Assembly (NCBI GenBank): GCA_012295275.1
Contig: CM022677.1
Location: 12,524,001-12,588,000, forward strand
DNA: 64,000 nucleotides
DNA from: Chrysomallon squamiferum
Taxonomy: Eukaryota > Animalia > Mollusca
Reading direction: 5' to 3'
The notes beneath the pieces were generated by a model. That model was not told the DNA's origin. It was given only the letters and a program-made list of their open reading frames with translations, and ran no database searches. Shown one piece after another: positions 11,925 to 25,316 of this stretch. Position 1 is the first letter of the stretch. Each line of letters begins with the position of its first letter. The position numbers and the translations under genes were made by a program.

Positions 11925-13250
11925 CACTTTCTGTGTCCACCTATCTCTATATGTATATATATGTACACAATTTCTCATTCTATCTACATAATCAACCTAC
12001 CTAACAGTTTATATATCAATAACATCTATCAGTCATTTAAACATCTTCTTGTCTACATACCTTCAAACCTCCCTATAGTTCTGTATGTTTGCACACATAT
12101 TTACTCAATATATTCACTCTTCAAAAAAGACAAGCGACTTTTCCTTCTATATACTATTCCCTGCTCCAGCTTACATACCTACACCTGTAGCTATATATAT
12201 ATATATATATTCAGTCTTCCACATTACCATCATACCTGCCTACACCTATCTGTCTGTCTGCTACATAACTATCTACATATATCTACATATCAACCTACTG
12301 AACTACTGACCTACCTACCTATCTGTCCCTATCTGTGTCTGATATCTATTAGTTAGCTATCTACATATATCTGCATATCAACCTACTGAACTACTGACCT
12401 ACCTACATATCTGTCCCTCTCTGTGTCTGATATCTATTAGATAACTATCTACATATATCTACATATCAACATACTGAACTACTGACCTACCTACCTACCT
12501 GTCCCTCTCTGTGTCTGATATCTATTAGATATCTATCTACATATAATCTACATATCAACCTACTGAACTACTGACATACCTACCTATATGTCCCTCTCTG
12601 TGTCTGATGTCTGTTAGATAACTGTCTACATATATCTACATATCAACCTACTGAACTACTGACTACCTACCTATCTGTATCTCTGTGTGTCTGCTGTCTG
12701 TTAGATAACTATCTACATATATCTACATATCAACCTACTGAACTACTGACCTACATACCTATTTGTTTATCTATCCACATTATGACAGATCAATAACCAT
12801 CCCTCAATCATATATCTAATTCCCTGTCAAACTACCTACATACATAACTAACTATGTCTAGATAGCTACATTACAACCTATGTATTTTACTGTATGTCTA
12901 CACTCTCAGCCTGGCACACAAACACACATGACAGAAAGAAGAAAACACAGAATAGATAGATAGACACTGACATGTTTAACTATCTACCTAAATTCATCTA
13001 CATCTATGAATTCATTTGTTAACTTCTACTGATCTAATTGTCTATCAGTCTATCAACATCTCTCTCTTTCTTTCTGTTTATCTACCTGTGTATCTCTTTA
13101 CCTGTTAACCTCCCATCAGACAGTCAGTCTCATATCTCTGTCAATCATATCTCCTTTCCTTTAAATCACTTATAGTAGACTTATAGTATAATCACTCTAA
13201 ACTTGCTAATATTGTCTATGAAAACAACATTAAACTGGAACCTGCTTGTT
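9663..13250. repeat. Low-complexity field of degenerate (TATC/TACC/TGTC)n with (AC)n, (AT)n and (AG)n tracts
   Basis: Continuous tatc/ctac/tctg-rich sequence. (CA)n near 10710, 10970 and 11875; (AT)n at 11420-11490; AG-rich at 9663-9810. Confidence 0.9.
12262..12765 (+). repeat. ~88 bp minisatellite, about 5.5 copies
   Basis: Unit ataactatctacatatatctacatatcaacctactgaactactgacctacctacctatctgtccctctctgtgtctgatatctattag starting near 12266, 12353, 12441, 12529, 12618 and 12706. Confidence 0.95.
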
Positions 13251-15236
13251 GTCTATCTGTAAATATCATTGCTCCACATATTTTCATTTCTTCTATAATT
13301 TGTAATGTAGAACCACACATAGCTTTTGCACTGTCATTAGTCATGACATTGTGTTTAATTGTCTGTAATGTTAGAAAGAAATTATTATAAATAAACATCA
13401 TGTCTCTCTTATTGTAATAGATTTTAATAATAAATCACAAATAATTTAAACAAAAAATATATATCTATAAAAAGGTATCATTATACATTTTACATTCTGG
13501 TCAATTTAAAAAAAAAAAAAAAAATTATAATTAAATTCATAAAAATATGTGAAAATATTTCTTTATGAAAGATTTTCTAATAGGAAACAAGAAGAATGCA
13601 TTGATTAGATCGAAATATTTTAAAGTTAAGCAATACAAACATAACATGAAAATATAATAATAATAATACAAATACAAATACCACTAATATTTCTCAAAGC
13701 TGAAATCCATAAAATTGTGAATTCTCCTCTGAATCTTCAGCACTGACCTGCCTTGTACTGTAAGGGAGAGAGTGAGATCTGAAAACTCTGTCTTTGACCA
13801 AGTATTTAAAATAAATACAAAATCTGACATGGACTTGACACCTGTAAATTGAAAAGAATTCATTGTCACCAGCCTATACAAATGACAGGCAGTTTAGTTA
13901 AATAACTAAATGATAAGTTCTGTCATTTATTAGTTTACTAATAGATACCAAAGCTTTTCAGTTCTAATAACAAACTGTTAATGTCACTCTCCACTAGGTA
14001 TGTGAATTCAGTCATTTTGATTACAAGCTGCATTACTTTTTTGGAACACTTAGAACTCATTAATTTTAGATTTGATTAAAAAATGTAACTTAATAATCTG
14101 GCAACAATAAATTTATCCAGAATAATACTCTTTTAATCCCAAAAGATCAAGAGAATTCCAATTAATTACAAATATTTAACATTTTAAAATGTTATGATAT
14201 AATTAATTCAAACCACAACAAATTCCTTTATACCTTCAGATCTTTAAGTATAAAATCTACTGATCTGTGTTGTATCCGAGTTACCTGAAAGGTCTTCCTG
14301 TGTCTTTAACCCAAGCTGGTCAAGAAAATCCTCTGAAATGCTGGACATCAGAGGATCCAAAGTTTGTGCTGGTGGTATTTATTTGGTTTGATGTATGACT
14401 CAGTTTCCTACTTTTTGTTCAAATCTGGCAATTTTGTGGATTTTGTATGTTCCATTTTTTTTGTCTAAATAAACAAATACAGAAAGAAAAACTAATAAAA
14501 TAATTTTAAAAAATAATAATAAACACAATAATAAAGCATCGAATTTATCATTCTATATCTTAATGTATATTAGTTAAATGTCTATTTTTTTTTACCTATT
14601 CCAGGCTAGGAGCATTTGATTAATTTGCACAATAAAATTTTTGAGAAGAAAAATTTCAGTCATGGAAAATTATTATAAATTATCAATGAATTATACTTTA
14701 ACAATGTTTTAATACTGACTTTATTTATCTGGATATGATGATAACATTCAGATGAAGCAAAAATAACTTTTAAAAAGGTAAATGCTTTGCCTGCAACAAA
14801 CACAAAAATTAATGAGTTAAAACCTTGCATTACAGAGAACAAAATAAAGAGAATTCTACCATTTTAAATAACACTCTGTGAAATTAATATTTCCCATAAA
14901 ATTATTATTAGTGGCTCTTGTTTTAAAACATATATAAGAAAAAAAAAGGTTGCCCAAATACTATTTTTGGGGCAATTAACCCATCATCTATTTAACATCC
15001 TAATCACCCAAACAGAACATACGTACTTAAACACATTATTTATTATTATAAAACATAACCAGACCACTTACTTCAGAACAGGTCACTGTTTTATTGACTT
15101 CCTGGCTACTAATAATTATTTATGATGAGCCTAAAACTGTGACAGGAGTATATCTCAAAGAGAAAAAAAGAAAAACAAATTCGTAAATAAAAATTAGTTA
15201 GAGAAATAACAAATAAAGGTGAATTTCAATCACATA

Positions 15237-16112
15237 CCGTATATACTTGTGTACAAGGCGACCTTATGTATAAGTCGATGTGTATTTTAAGACTAAAAAT
15301 TGCGTCATTTTAGGTATTACTTATGTATAAGTCGACTGTAGATTCCAGGCACCGTCATTATTTTTAGGCCAGTGTGACAGTGCCATGAAGGCTTACATTG
15401 TACGCCTACTGTAACATAACTTCCACGAGCTGTAACTTGCACGTGCAATTCAAAGTAAGATAATTTCGGAACCTCAGCAATATTTTTTTCTATCAAAACT
15501 CTGCTACAAGACACGACCCCGATCCTATTCCTAGCGTGCTAATTGGCCGAGGCTTCGCGCACTTGGCAACCAACTAGAATAACAAATATGGCAAGTAGCT
15601 GAACTGATTTTTGTTGCAGAACGTTTATAGAAATTTAGTTTGTTTTCGATTTGTCGGTAGTGGATATTAATGATGATTGCAATATTATTTCACGAAATTC
15701 TTTACAATTACACAAGAGAGTTTTGTTTATGAAATTAGGACCGATATTTAGTGCAATTTGGCAGAGAAGTCTGCATTCCTAGATCATTGCAAGACGCCGT
15801 AAGGCATATCGCCGTACTGACGGTTTTCTCGCTTTGAAATGTATTTTTGTGTCATTAAACGGAAGAATATCATGTTTTACATTCATATTTGGTTTTGTTA
15901 TTTAGTTTTTCAAAACTTTTTATACGATAAAATTATATTTTTGAAAAGCTGAAAGACCGCGATTATTTTAGATGCATCCCGTAGCAAAAAATAGTCAAAA
16001 TGGTGACTCTTCAGCAACAGCTACAAAAGTATTACCTATGTATAAGTCGACCCCCAAAATATTACCTTAATATAGTCTCCCAAAAATTTGACTTATACAC
16101 AAGTATATACGG
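15237..16112. mobile_element. Non-autonomous Tc1/mariner-superfamily element (Tc2/pogo-like MITE), 876 bp
   Basis: TIRs CCGTATATACTTGTGTACAAGGCGA and (rc) CCGTATATACTTGTGTATAAGTCAA; TA on both sides (15235-36, 16113-14); subterminal tatgtataagtcga repeats near 15264, 15322 and 16037; no transposase ORF. CCGTATAT termini resemble Tc2-type TIRs. Confidence 0.9.
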
Positions 16113-17373
16113 TAATTAAAGCTAAAGAAGAATTTTTCATTCAGAAACACCTTCAACAAAATGAATATAGCTTTTCTTTATGAACTGATTTCACACATAC
16201 CTCAACAGCATTCCTTAAGCCATGTAGTTCTTGTAATTTTTTTGAGTTAAAAACAAAACTGTTTTGGTTATTCCTAGTACAAATATAAGCTAAAAAGAAA
16301 TAAAACAATGCTAATGGAAGCATACTAAGTCACCTGCTGCTCAACTTCCAGGCTTTTGTCTTTGCCACTGTCACACACAGCTGTCACAGTCATCTGCCAA
16401 GTTTTAATGTTTTTCTTTGCCTGGTTTTAGCATGTTCAAGTTTTTCAAGTTTTTTTCTCTCTGATATCTGATGTTGAGATTGGTGACCTGGTGGAAGACT
16501 CTCCAACTTAAGATTTGTTGTATGATGAGGTCGGCTTCAATGTCCAGGTCACCAAAATTGAGTTCTTCATCAGCAGAACTTTCAACAACTCTAAGTCAGA
16601 GTCACATTGGTGGTGCACTGCCTAATTTGAGGAAATAAATAAATAAATAAAATACATAAAAAAAATATTGTACAAAATATAAAATAAATAAAATACTGCT
16701 ACTACTACATTTATTGCAAGACTACATGCTACTTTTATTGCCATCATTACTATAACTAAAATGTACTGTTATTCCTGATTCAACTAGGGTTACTGTTATT
16801 GAAATAATACTCCTATTACTAAAATTACTATTAATAATAAATTACCATTAATAAATTACCATTAATAATAAAAGTGATTTTTTGCTCTCTTCATTATTAT
16901 TCCTAAGCCTTTATTTCTTTTATTATTTCTATTATTATTATAATTACTACAACAACAACAATTATGACTACTATTACTACTACTATTGCTGCGGTTACAC
17001 TATTTTTCTTGTTACATTTATCATAACAATTTCTCTGAAAACAACTACTACTAGTACTGCTATTGCTGATACTACTACTGCCACCATTACAACCAGTAAT
17101 TTGACTACAAACAGTTTTTTTAATCACCACGAGTCTCACAAGATAAATTATTATTACAAAGCTATGGACATCAGCTAAAACATCACCAAGATCAATTTTA
17201 CAACATTACTACAACAATGGCAATGACTAATACTACTACTATAACAACAACCTCTATAGATCCTCCTGTTCTGCCATATTCTTTGATGACATTTCTCTCC
17301 TGTGGTGACTTACTAAATTAGCTCTTCTTGTGGACAGAGCAGTTTCTGAAAAACAACAGTAATTTATTTATTT

Positions 17374-17492
<119 letters not shown>

Positions 17493-18589
17493 TTAGAAAT
17501 AATGAGAAATACATAAGAAAACAAACTCAAATTCAACGGTTCAGTTTTTTCTTTTCCCGTGGTAGCAGTACAGACTTTATCCTCAATGCTGGACAGCACT
17601 TTCTACTGAAACAACTTCATTAGCCAACATCAGCGCATCAATTAGAGCTGTATGTGCAATCTGAAAAATAAAAAATACAAATAAAATAATAAAAATAATA
17701 AACTGTTAAAAATAAATAACTAATGTTTCTGTATTATTTAAATTTTACTGTTATCAGTTACTGAATTATTCAGATACAAAGGGGTGTGGGATATTTTTGA
17801 TATACTTCGTATAATCATTATAATGATAATGATAATAATGATAACAATTTTAATAATTAACAAAACAATAGCAAACAAATGATTATTATTACAGTATATT
17901 TTAAATCAGTAAAGAGTTGTTACTATAAAACATATTTTATTTGCTAAGAAATAAAAATAAGATAAAAAACTTGCAACTTGGAATTGTGTTGTCTGAATCA
18001 GGTACAGGACTAGCTCGGTCCTTCGAACTATCAATGTGGTGAGACATCACTATCATGAATGTTGCCTTCCCGAGTCTCATCGTGTTCTGCTGCAGCTACA
18101 GCCTTTGTTTTCTTATCTCTCTTTTCTTTATCTTTTCATCCAGCTTCATTCTCACAGTCATCTGCCAAGAGATTTTTGCCATCGCAGTCTTCTGCCTAGT
18201 TTTTTGTTTTGCAGCATAGCAGATAACCTGGAAAACATCAAAAATAAACAATTTTTAGTAATGATATATGAAAAATAAAATGGATAGTAATAATAAAGAT
18301 TAAAAATAATAATAATAAATATAAAACATAATAATAATAATAAAAAGTTGTAGTAATAATAAGAAGATGAAAAAGAAGGAATTACAACAAAACAAAACAA
18401 AATGTAAATAAGTAAATTAAAATTGACCATTAAGAAAAGAAGGGAAACAAAGAACAGGATAACAAATTATTTGTGTGTGTTTGTGTGTGTGTTAAATATT
18501 ATTATAACAAATAATACTATTAATATTTTACAGTGTCTACATATGAAATAACTTGGTTATGTATTTCTTAAATTTGTTTTAATTTGTAT

Positions 18590-20040
<1,451 letters not shown>

Positions 20041-20041
20041 T

Positions 20042-20570
20042 TAATATCACACATCACTGTACAGTATTTTTTTACTTAATGCTACTAATGTCACGTCACT
20101 GTATAGTGTTTATTTACTTAATGCTACTAATATCACATTACAGTATAGTATTTATGTACTTAATATCACATTACTGTTCAGTATTTATTTACTTAATGTA
20201 TGCTAATACCGCATTACTGTACAGTATTTATTTACTTAATACTGCTAATATCACATTACAGTATAGTTTTTATGTACTTAATATCACATTACTGTGTACA
20301 ATATTTATTTACTTAGTGTCTGCTAATATCACGTTACTGTACAGTATTTATTTACTTAATACTGCTAATATCACGTTACTGCACTGTATTTATTTACTTA
20401 ATACTGCTAATATCACGTTACTGTACTGTATTTATTTACTTAATGTTGCTAATATCACGTCACTGTACAATATTTATTTACTTAATACTGCTACTATCAC
20501 GTTACTGTACAGTATTTATTTACTTAATGTCTGCTAATATCACGTTACTGTACTGTATTTATTTACTTAA
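20042..20570 (+). repeat. 42 bp minisatellite, about 13 copies (some shortened)
   Basis: Unit aatatcacgttactgtacagtatttatttacttaatactgct; it produces the 14-aa repeat of ORF 20037-20537. Confidence 0.95.
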
Positions 20571-20588
20571 GAGGAGATTCTTCATGAT

Positions 20589-20801
20589 TCACAGAATATA
20601 GTCGTCTACAGAGAGAAAGAATGAAGAATAAAAATAAAAATGGAAATGAAATGTTTTAACATGGCCGGTTTGGATACACGATTGATAAGTAGTGACATCT
20701 AAATTGTATGTATTTTGAAGAAGAAACAGAACTGCAGACAATCCTTCTAAATCTTCATCAATTGAGAGGTGTGCCACTTCTAAATGACAGTTGTAATGCA
20801 C
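20589..20801 (-). pseudogene. P4HA: Isolated prolyl 4-hydroxylase alpha N-terminal fragment, inverted relative to the neighbouring copy
   Basis: HLSIDEDLEGLSAVLFLLQNTYNLDVTT...LSVDDY matches the P4HA motif PxxEDLxGAAxALxRLQDTYxL...LSAEDC, also seen in ORF 21160-21999. Confidence 0.75.
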
Positions 20802-20950
20802 ATTTTAAACTGGGTTTCTTTTTTCTTTTTCGTGTTTTCTTGAATTTTTTTTTTTTTTTGTATGTTACTTTATTCTATAATTTCCATAATATATGTTAAA
20901 AAATAGGTACATACATATAAATCAAAGGATAACAGAAACATAACACACCA

Positions 20951-21005
<55 letters not shown>

Positions 21006-21159
21006 TACACACATAAACAAAAAAAAAAAAAATGTACCGCCCCCACCACAATTTGTCTGCGAAATTTAAACTGACACATGTTTAGAATTAAATCGTCATA
21101 ACTCTATTTTTTTTATACCAGATATTTAGAATTCATATCAGTAGTAGATACCTTCAAAT

Positions 21160-22652
21160 ATGTATCAGCAGTACATTATTTTAGTTTTGCTTTTATCAGC
21201 TGTGAATTCAGAACTGTTTACGTCCGTATCACATCTGAACAGCTCTGTACTAGCAGGAAGAAACTTGGGAACAGCATTAAGAAATTTCAGTCATGTTTGT
21301 GAAGAAAGAACTAAAATGGAAAAGTTGAAAACAATTTCAGATCATATGGAACAGCACTGTTCGATCGCACTAAAAGATCCAAATCGTTACAAAGCCAACC
21401 CAATTGGTACATTTTTATATATTAAACGTTTCACACTGGACTGGGAACGAGATGTTCAGCCTATTCTTCATGAAAGTATTACGTCCCAGACAGAATTAAC
21501 CGAACTACAAGAAATTCGTGAACATCTTCCAAGTTACGAAGATTTAGAAGGGGCCGCTGCAGCTGTTTTTCGACTTCAAGACACGTACAAATTAAATACT
21601 ACAAGATTAACAGAAGGTTTTATATATGAACGATATATACAGAGATTATCAGCAGAAGACTGTTATCAATTAGGTCGCCTTGCATACAAAATGAAAAAAT
21701 ACGAATATGTGCATATCTGGATGGAAACAAGTCTTGAGAAAGTAAGAACAGAAAAACTTCATGAAACACACGGTAGAGAATTAGCGGGACAGATAGAACA
21801 AGTTTTAGATTTGACAAATGAACAGTTAATGTTAGCTCGTGGACAAAAACGTGCTCCGAACAGAAGGAAAAGGTTTTCAAGTATATCAAAACTTAGGAAA
21901 GAAAAGAGAAAAAAAATGCCAGAGTTAAACAAAAAACAACTTTGGATGCTCTCTGTCGTGGTGAAGACGTTATTAAAGTACGACAGCGACATCGTCTGAA
22001 ATGACGCTACCATTGCAATATCAAAAATCTGCTTCTAATTCTTAAGCCTGCTAAAGAAGAGATTCTGCATTTCTCACCGAAAATTGTTCTCTATCATGAT
22101 TTTTTCAGTGATGCTGCAATTGAAGACATTAAAACAGTTTCTTTGCCACTTTTACAACCATCTGAAATCAATCAATGTGGAAAAAAGATCAAATCTGAGA
22201 AAAGAATTAACAAACATACATGTCTAGGAAGAGGTTTCATAGAAGTAGACGCGAGAAGTCAGAAACGAATTGAAGCAATCACAGGTCTTTCAATGAAAGC
22301 TTCAGAACCACTTCAGGTGGCAAACTATGGAATAGGCGGACAGTTCACGGCTCATACTGACTATTTCAACATAGCATATTCTTCCGGTGAAAACAGAATT
22401 GCCACGTGGTTAAACTATTTGAGTGATGTAGAAGGAGGTGCAACAGTATTGCTTCATCTTGGTGTAAGAATACAACCTAAAGCAGGTGCAGCTATATTTT
22501 GGTATAATTTATATCGGAATGGTTCGCCTAACAAAATGACAATTCACGGAGCTTGTCCCGTTCTTATTGGCTCTAAATGGGTATCAACTTACTGGATTCT
22601 AGAAAAAGAGCAAGTATTCAAGCGACCATGTTCCACAAATCCAGAAGAATAA
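21160..22652 (+). pseudogene. P4HA: Collagen prolyl 4-hydroxylase alpha subunit, intronless CDS with one frameshift and one in-frame TGA (probable retro-derived pseudogene)
   Basis: Signal peptide MYQQYIILVLLLSAVNS then ELFTS; NPIGTFLYIKRFTLDW; EDLEGAAAAVFRLQDTY; LSAEDCYQLGRLAY. After a one-base deficit near 21909-21940: LCRGE, LK*RY (TGA at 22002-22004), KPAKEEILHFSPKIVLYHD, EPLQVANYGIGGQFTAHTDY (HxD), NRIATWLNYLSDVEGGAT, HGACPVLIGSKWV (distal His and 2-oxoglutarate Lys), RPC. Stop TAA ends at 22652. Confidence 0.93.
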
Positions 22653-23483
22653 ATGAAACACGATGCAACTTTTAATGTGCGCAGATCCAAGAAAGAGATT
22701 TCTTGCTTATTGATTAATTTGTTGTTTGTAAATATTTTCCATAGGCATTTATTTAAAATAATAAATAAATAATAAAATATATGGTATTGGATTTTATTGA
22801 TTTCTTTTATTTTTATTTCTTTTATTATTTTTTTTTTATCCCTTCTTTCTTTCTTGGTTAATTCCGCAGTATTTTTCAAAGATGCCTGTTTGTGTAAATA
22901 ATTACTCTCGTTCAAAATATAATAATTACGTCCTCTTATCTCTCGATTTTCTTCAAGGCCTTAGAATCATTGCAAATGCTACACTTTGCCTTTAGACATA
23001 AGATACAACGACAAACCTATATAAACATGCTTCCTCATTGTAGCATCTGTTACACTGTTCTTGAGATGAAAATTAAAGATCGTTTTAACTTGTAAAAGGA
23101 GATATATTTTTAAGGATTGTTTAATTAATTAATTTATTTATTTACTAAAAATAATAATAAAATAACAACAACAAAATAATCAAATATGCTGTATTTGAAT
23201 ATGTATAATAATTTTTTTTTTTTTTTAAATTGTTATTTTTCATAGGTCCGTATGTTTAAAGTATTAAATTTACCAGTGTCTACTTATTTCAGCCAAACGT
23301 CGACAAGTCTCTTTTGATATGCACAGCAAATTTTTGTTATCAGTAGTCAATAATGGGTTACACTGCTTGTAATAATTAAATCATATATATATATATATAT
23401 TAGCTGTCCATTGTAGATGTAAATTGTCATTATGTATATGATGCGTTAAACAATGAGGTCAACAAAGAAGTACACTTATATTA

Positions 23484-23558
<75 letters not shown>

Positions 23559-23856
23559 CACACATACACACAGCAAATAGCTTATTACTTATTAATTCAC
23601 TGAGTTAAAATCGACTGTCTTACATTTTTGCTTGTTTTACTGAATTAAAATGTATAACAAAAAAAAAAAAAAAATGTATAAAATTCACTACAATGAGGTA
23701 ACATGCGATTCGGTATTTTCCTAATTCATTTTTATTTGACAGAATTATCATAAATGTCAGTACTCGCTGTACATTGCATAAATTATCCTCGAACATTTCA
23801 GATGGCCGGTTTGTTGTAAGTATACAAACTGTATTGGTTACGTCATGAATGCATGA

Positions 23857-23913
<57 letters not shown>

Positions 23914-24174
23914 GAATATTATTATTATTATTATTATCTGAATGGACTGACGATGCAAAGAAACTTTCGTACACTGATTATCTTAAAGTAGCAAACAAAT
24001 TAAATCTTTTGCTGCTGTTATCGAAAGCAACTTTTGCAATTAAGCTAAAACTTGGAGGACATGACAGAGGAGTTTGGAGAGGAATATGAAGAAAACGCAG
24101 TCGACAGACAACTGATAGACCATTAGCATTTGTAATAATAAACCAAATATTTCAGTTTTATGTTATTTTAATGT

Positions 24175-24247
24175 TTGTAAATCGGCACTGTCTAAAACGG
24201 CATACCACGCTGGCCTCAATGAATCCGGTTTTGACAGTCCACTGTAT
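24175..24247. mobile_element. Possible single terminus of a decayed Tc1/mariner-type MITE
   Basis: ccggttttgacagtccactg followed by TA resembles a CAGTGGA-type TIR. No partner end found. Confidence 0.3.
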
Positions 24248-24434
24248 TTATTTTTATCGTTTATATTTTATCTTAATAGACACGTTATGTTGTTTACTGT
24301 ATATAAATTGATATTCCTTGAACACATCTACACATTTACATGTATTACTCTTTATACAGCTAGATATGAGGTTTCGTTATTAGCGATTTTCTGTGGTGTG
24401 CAATGACGTACACCGTCAACTCCACAAACAGAGA

Positions 24435-24474
<40 letters not shown>

Positions 24475-25316
24475 AATAAATAAAATGTAGATGAAGGGAG
24501 ATTACTCTCATATAATTTTTTGTTTTCGCGGGGTGCGGGATTTCTGCTGTTATTTGCGGTATTTGTTATTTATGGATTTTGCAAATAAATGTAGATTCTA
24601 AGAATCATGAAGAGTTGATTTCTTTGTATATTCAGGTAATGCTACAGTATTTTTTTCTTTTCTTTCTTTATATAGTTTGAGGTACATGTTTGTAATTTAG
24701 CTTCTAAAATGTTTTGTCGTCTACGTTTCTGGATAGTTTTAAAGTGCAGATAATCGAAAATAAATTATTAAACAATACGATATAGAATCTTGTCACAAGA
24801 CTCAACTTTAATTTTTTTGAGTAATTTAGCTGAATTTTTGTAATAATGAATAACAATATATTGACGATCGTTCTTTTGTTGTTTTATTTAATTGCATTCA
24901 TATTTTGTTTTATTCTGATTATTTATGTTCTGTTCCTTACTGACATACTGCTCGTACATGATTAATTACAGTTATTCTTAGTAGAAGTAGTTGTAATAAC
25001 TAACTAGTGTTTATAGCTGAGTTTTATAAAAATAGCTTACAATTCAAATCACTTTCACACACACACACACTCATGCGTTTTAACGTAACGAGAGCAGTAA
25101 CAACAACTTATACATGTATGTATGTCTTTTATTTTTAAATATTTAGTTTATTATCACTATTTGTTATATTATTATTATTATTATTATTATCGATATTTTT
25201 TTCATTAATTAGCTTTAGGAATGATAAAACAGACTGAATCACAAAAATTCAAAAATAACATGTTTTAATTTAGTTGCAAAATGTAATAATTTAAAATTAT
25301 TTCTTTTCTTTCCCAG

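Noticed and set aside
23620-23958. GKYRIACYL resembling P4HA GENRIATWL
   Set aside because: Short match with no supporting flanking motifs; the ORF is inflated by an (ATT)n tract.
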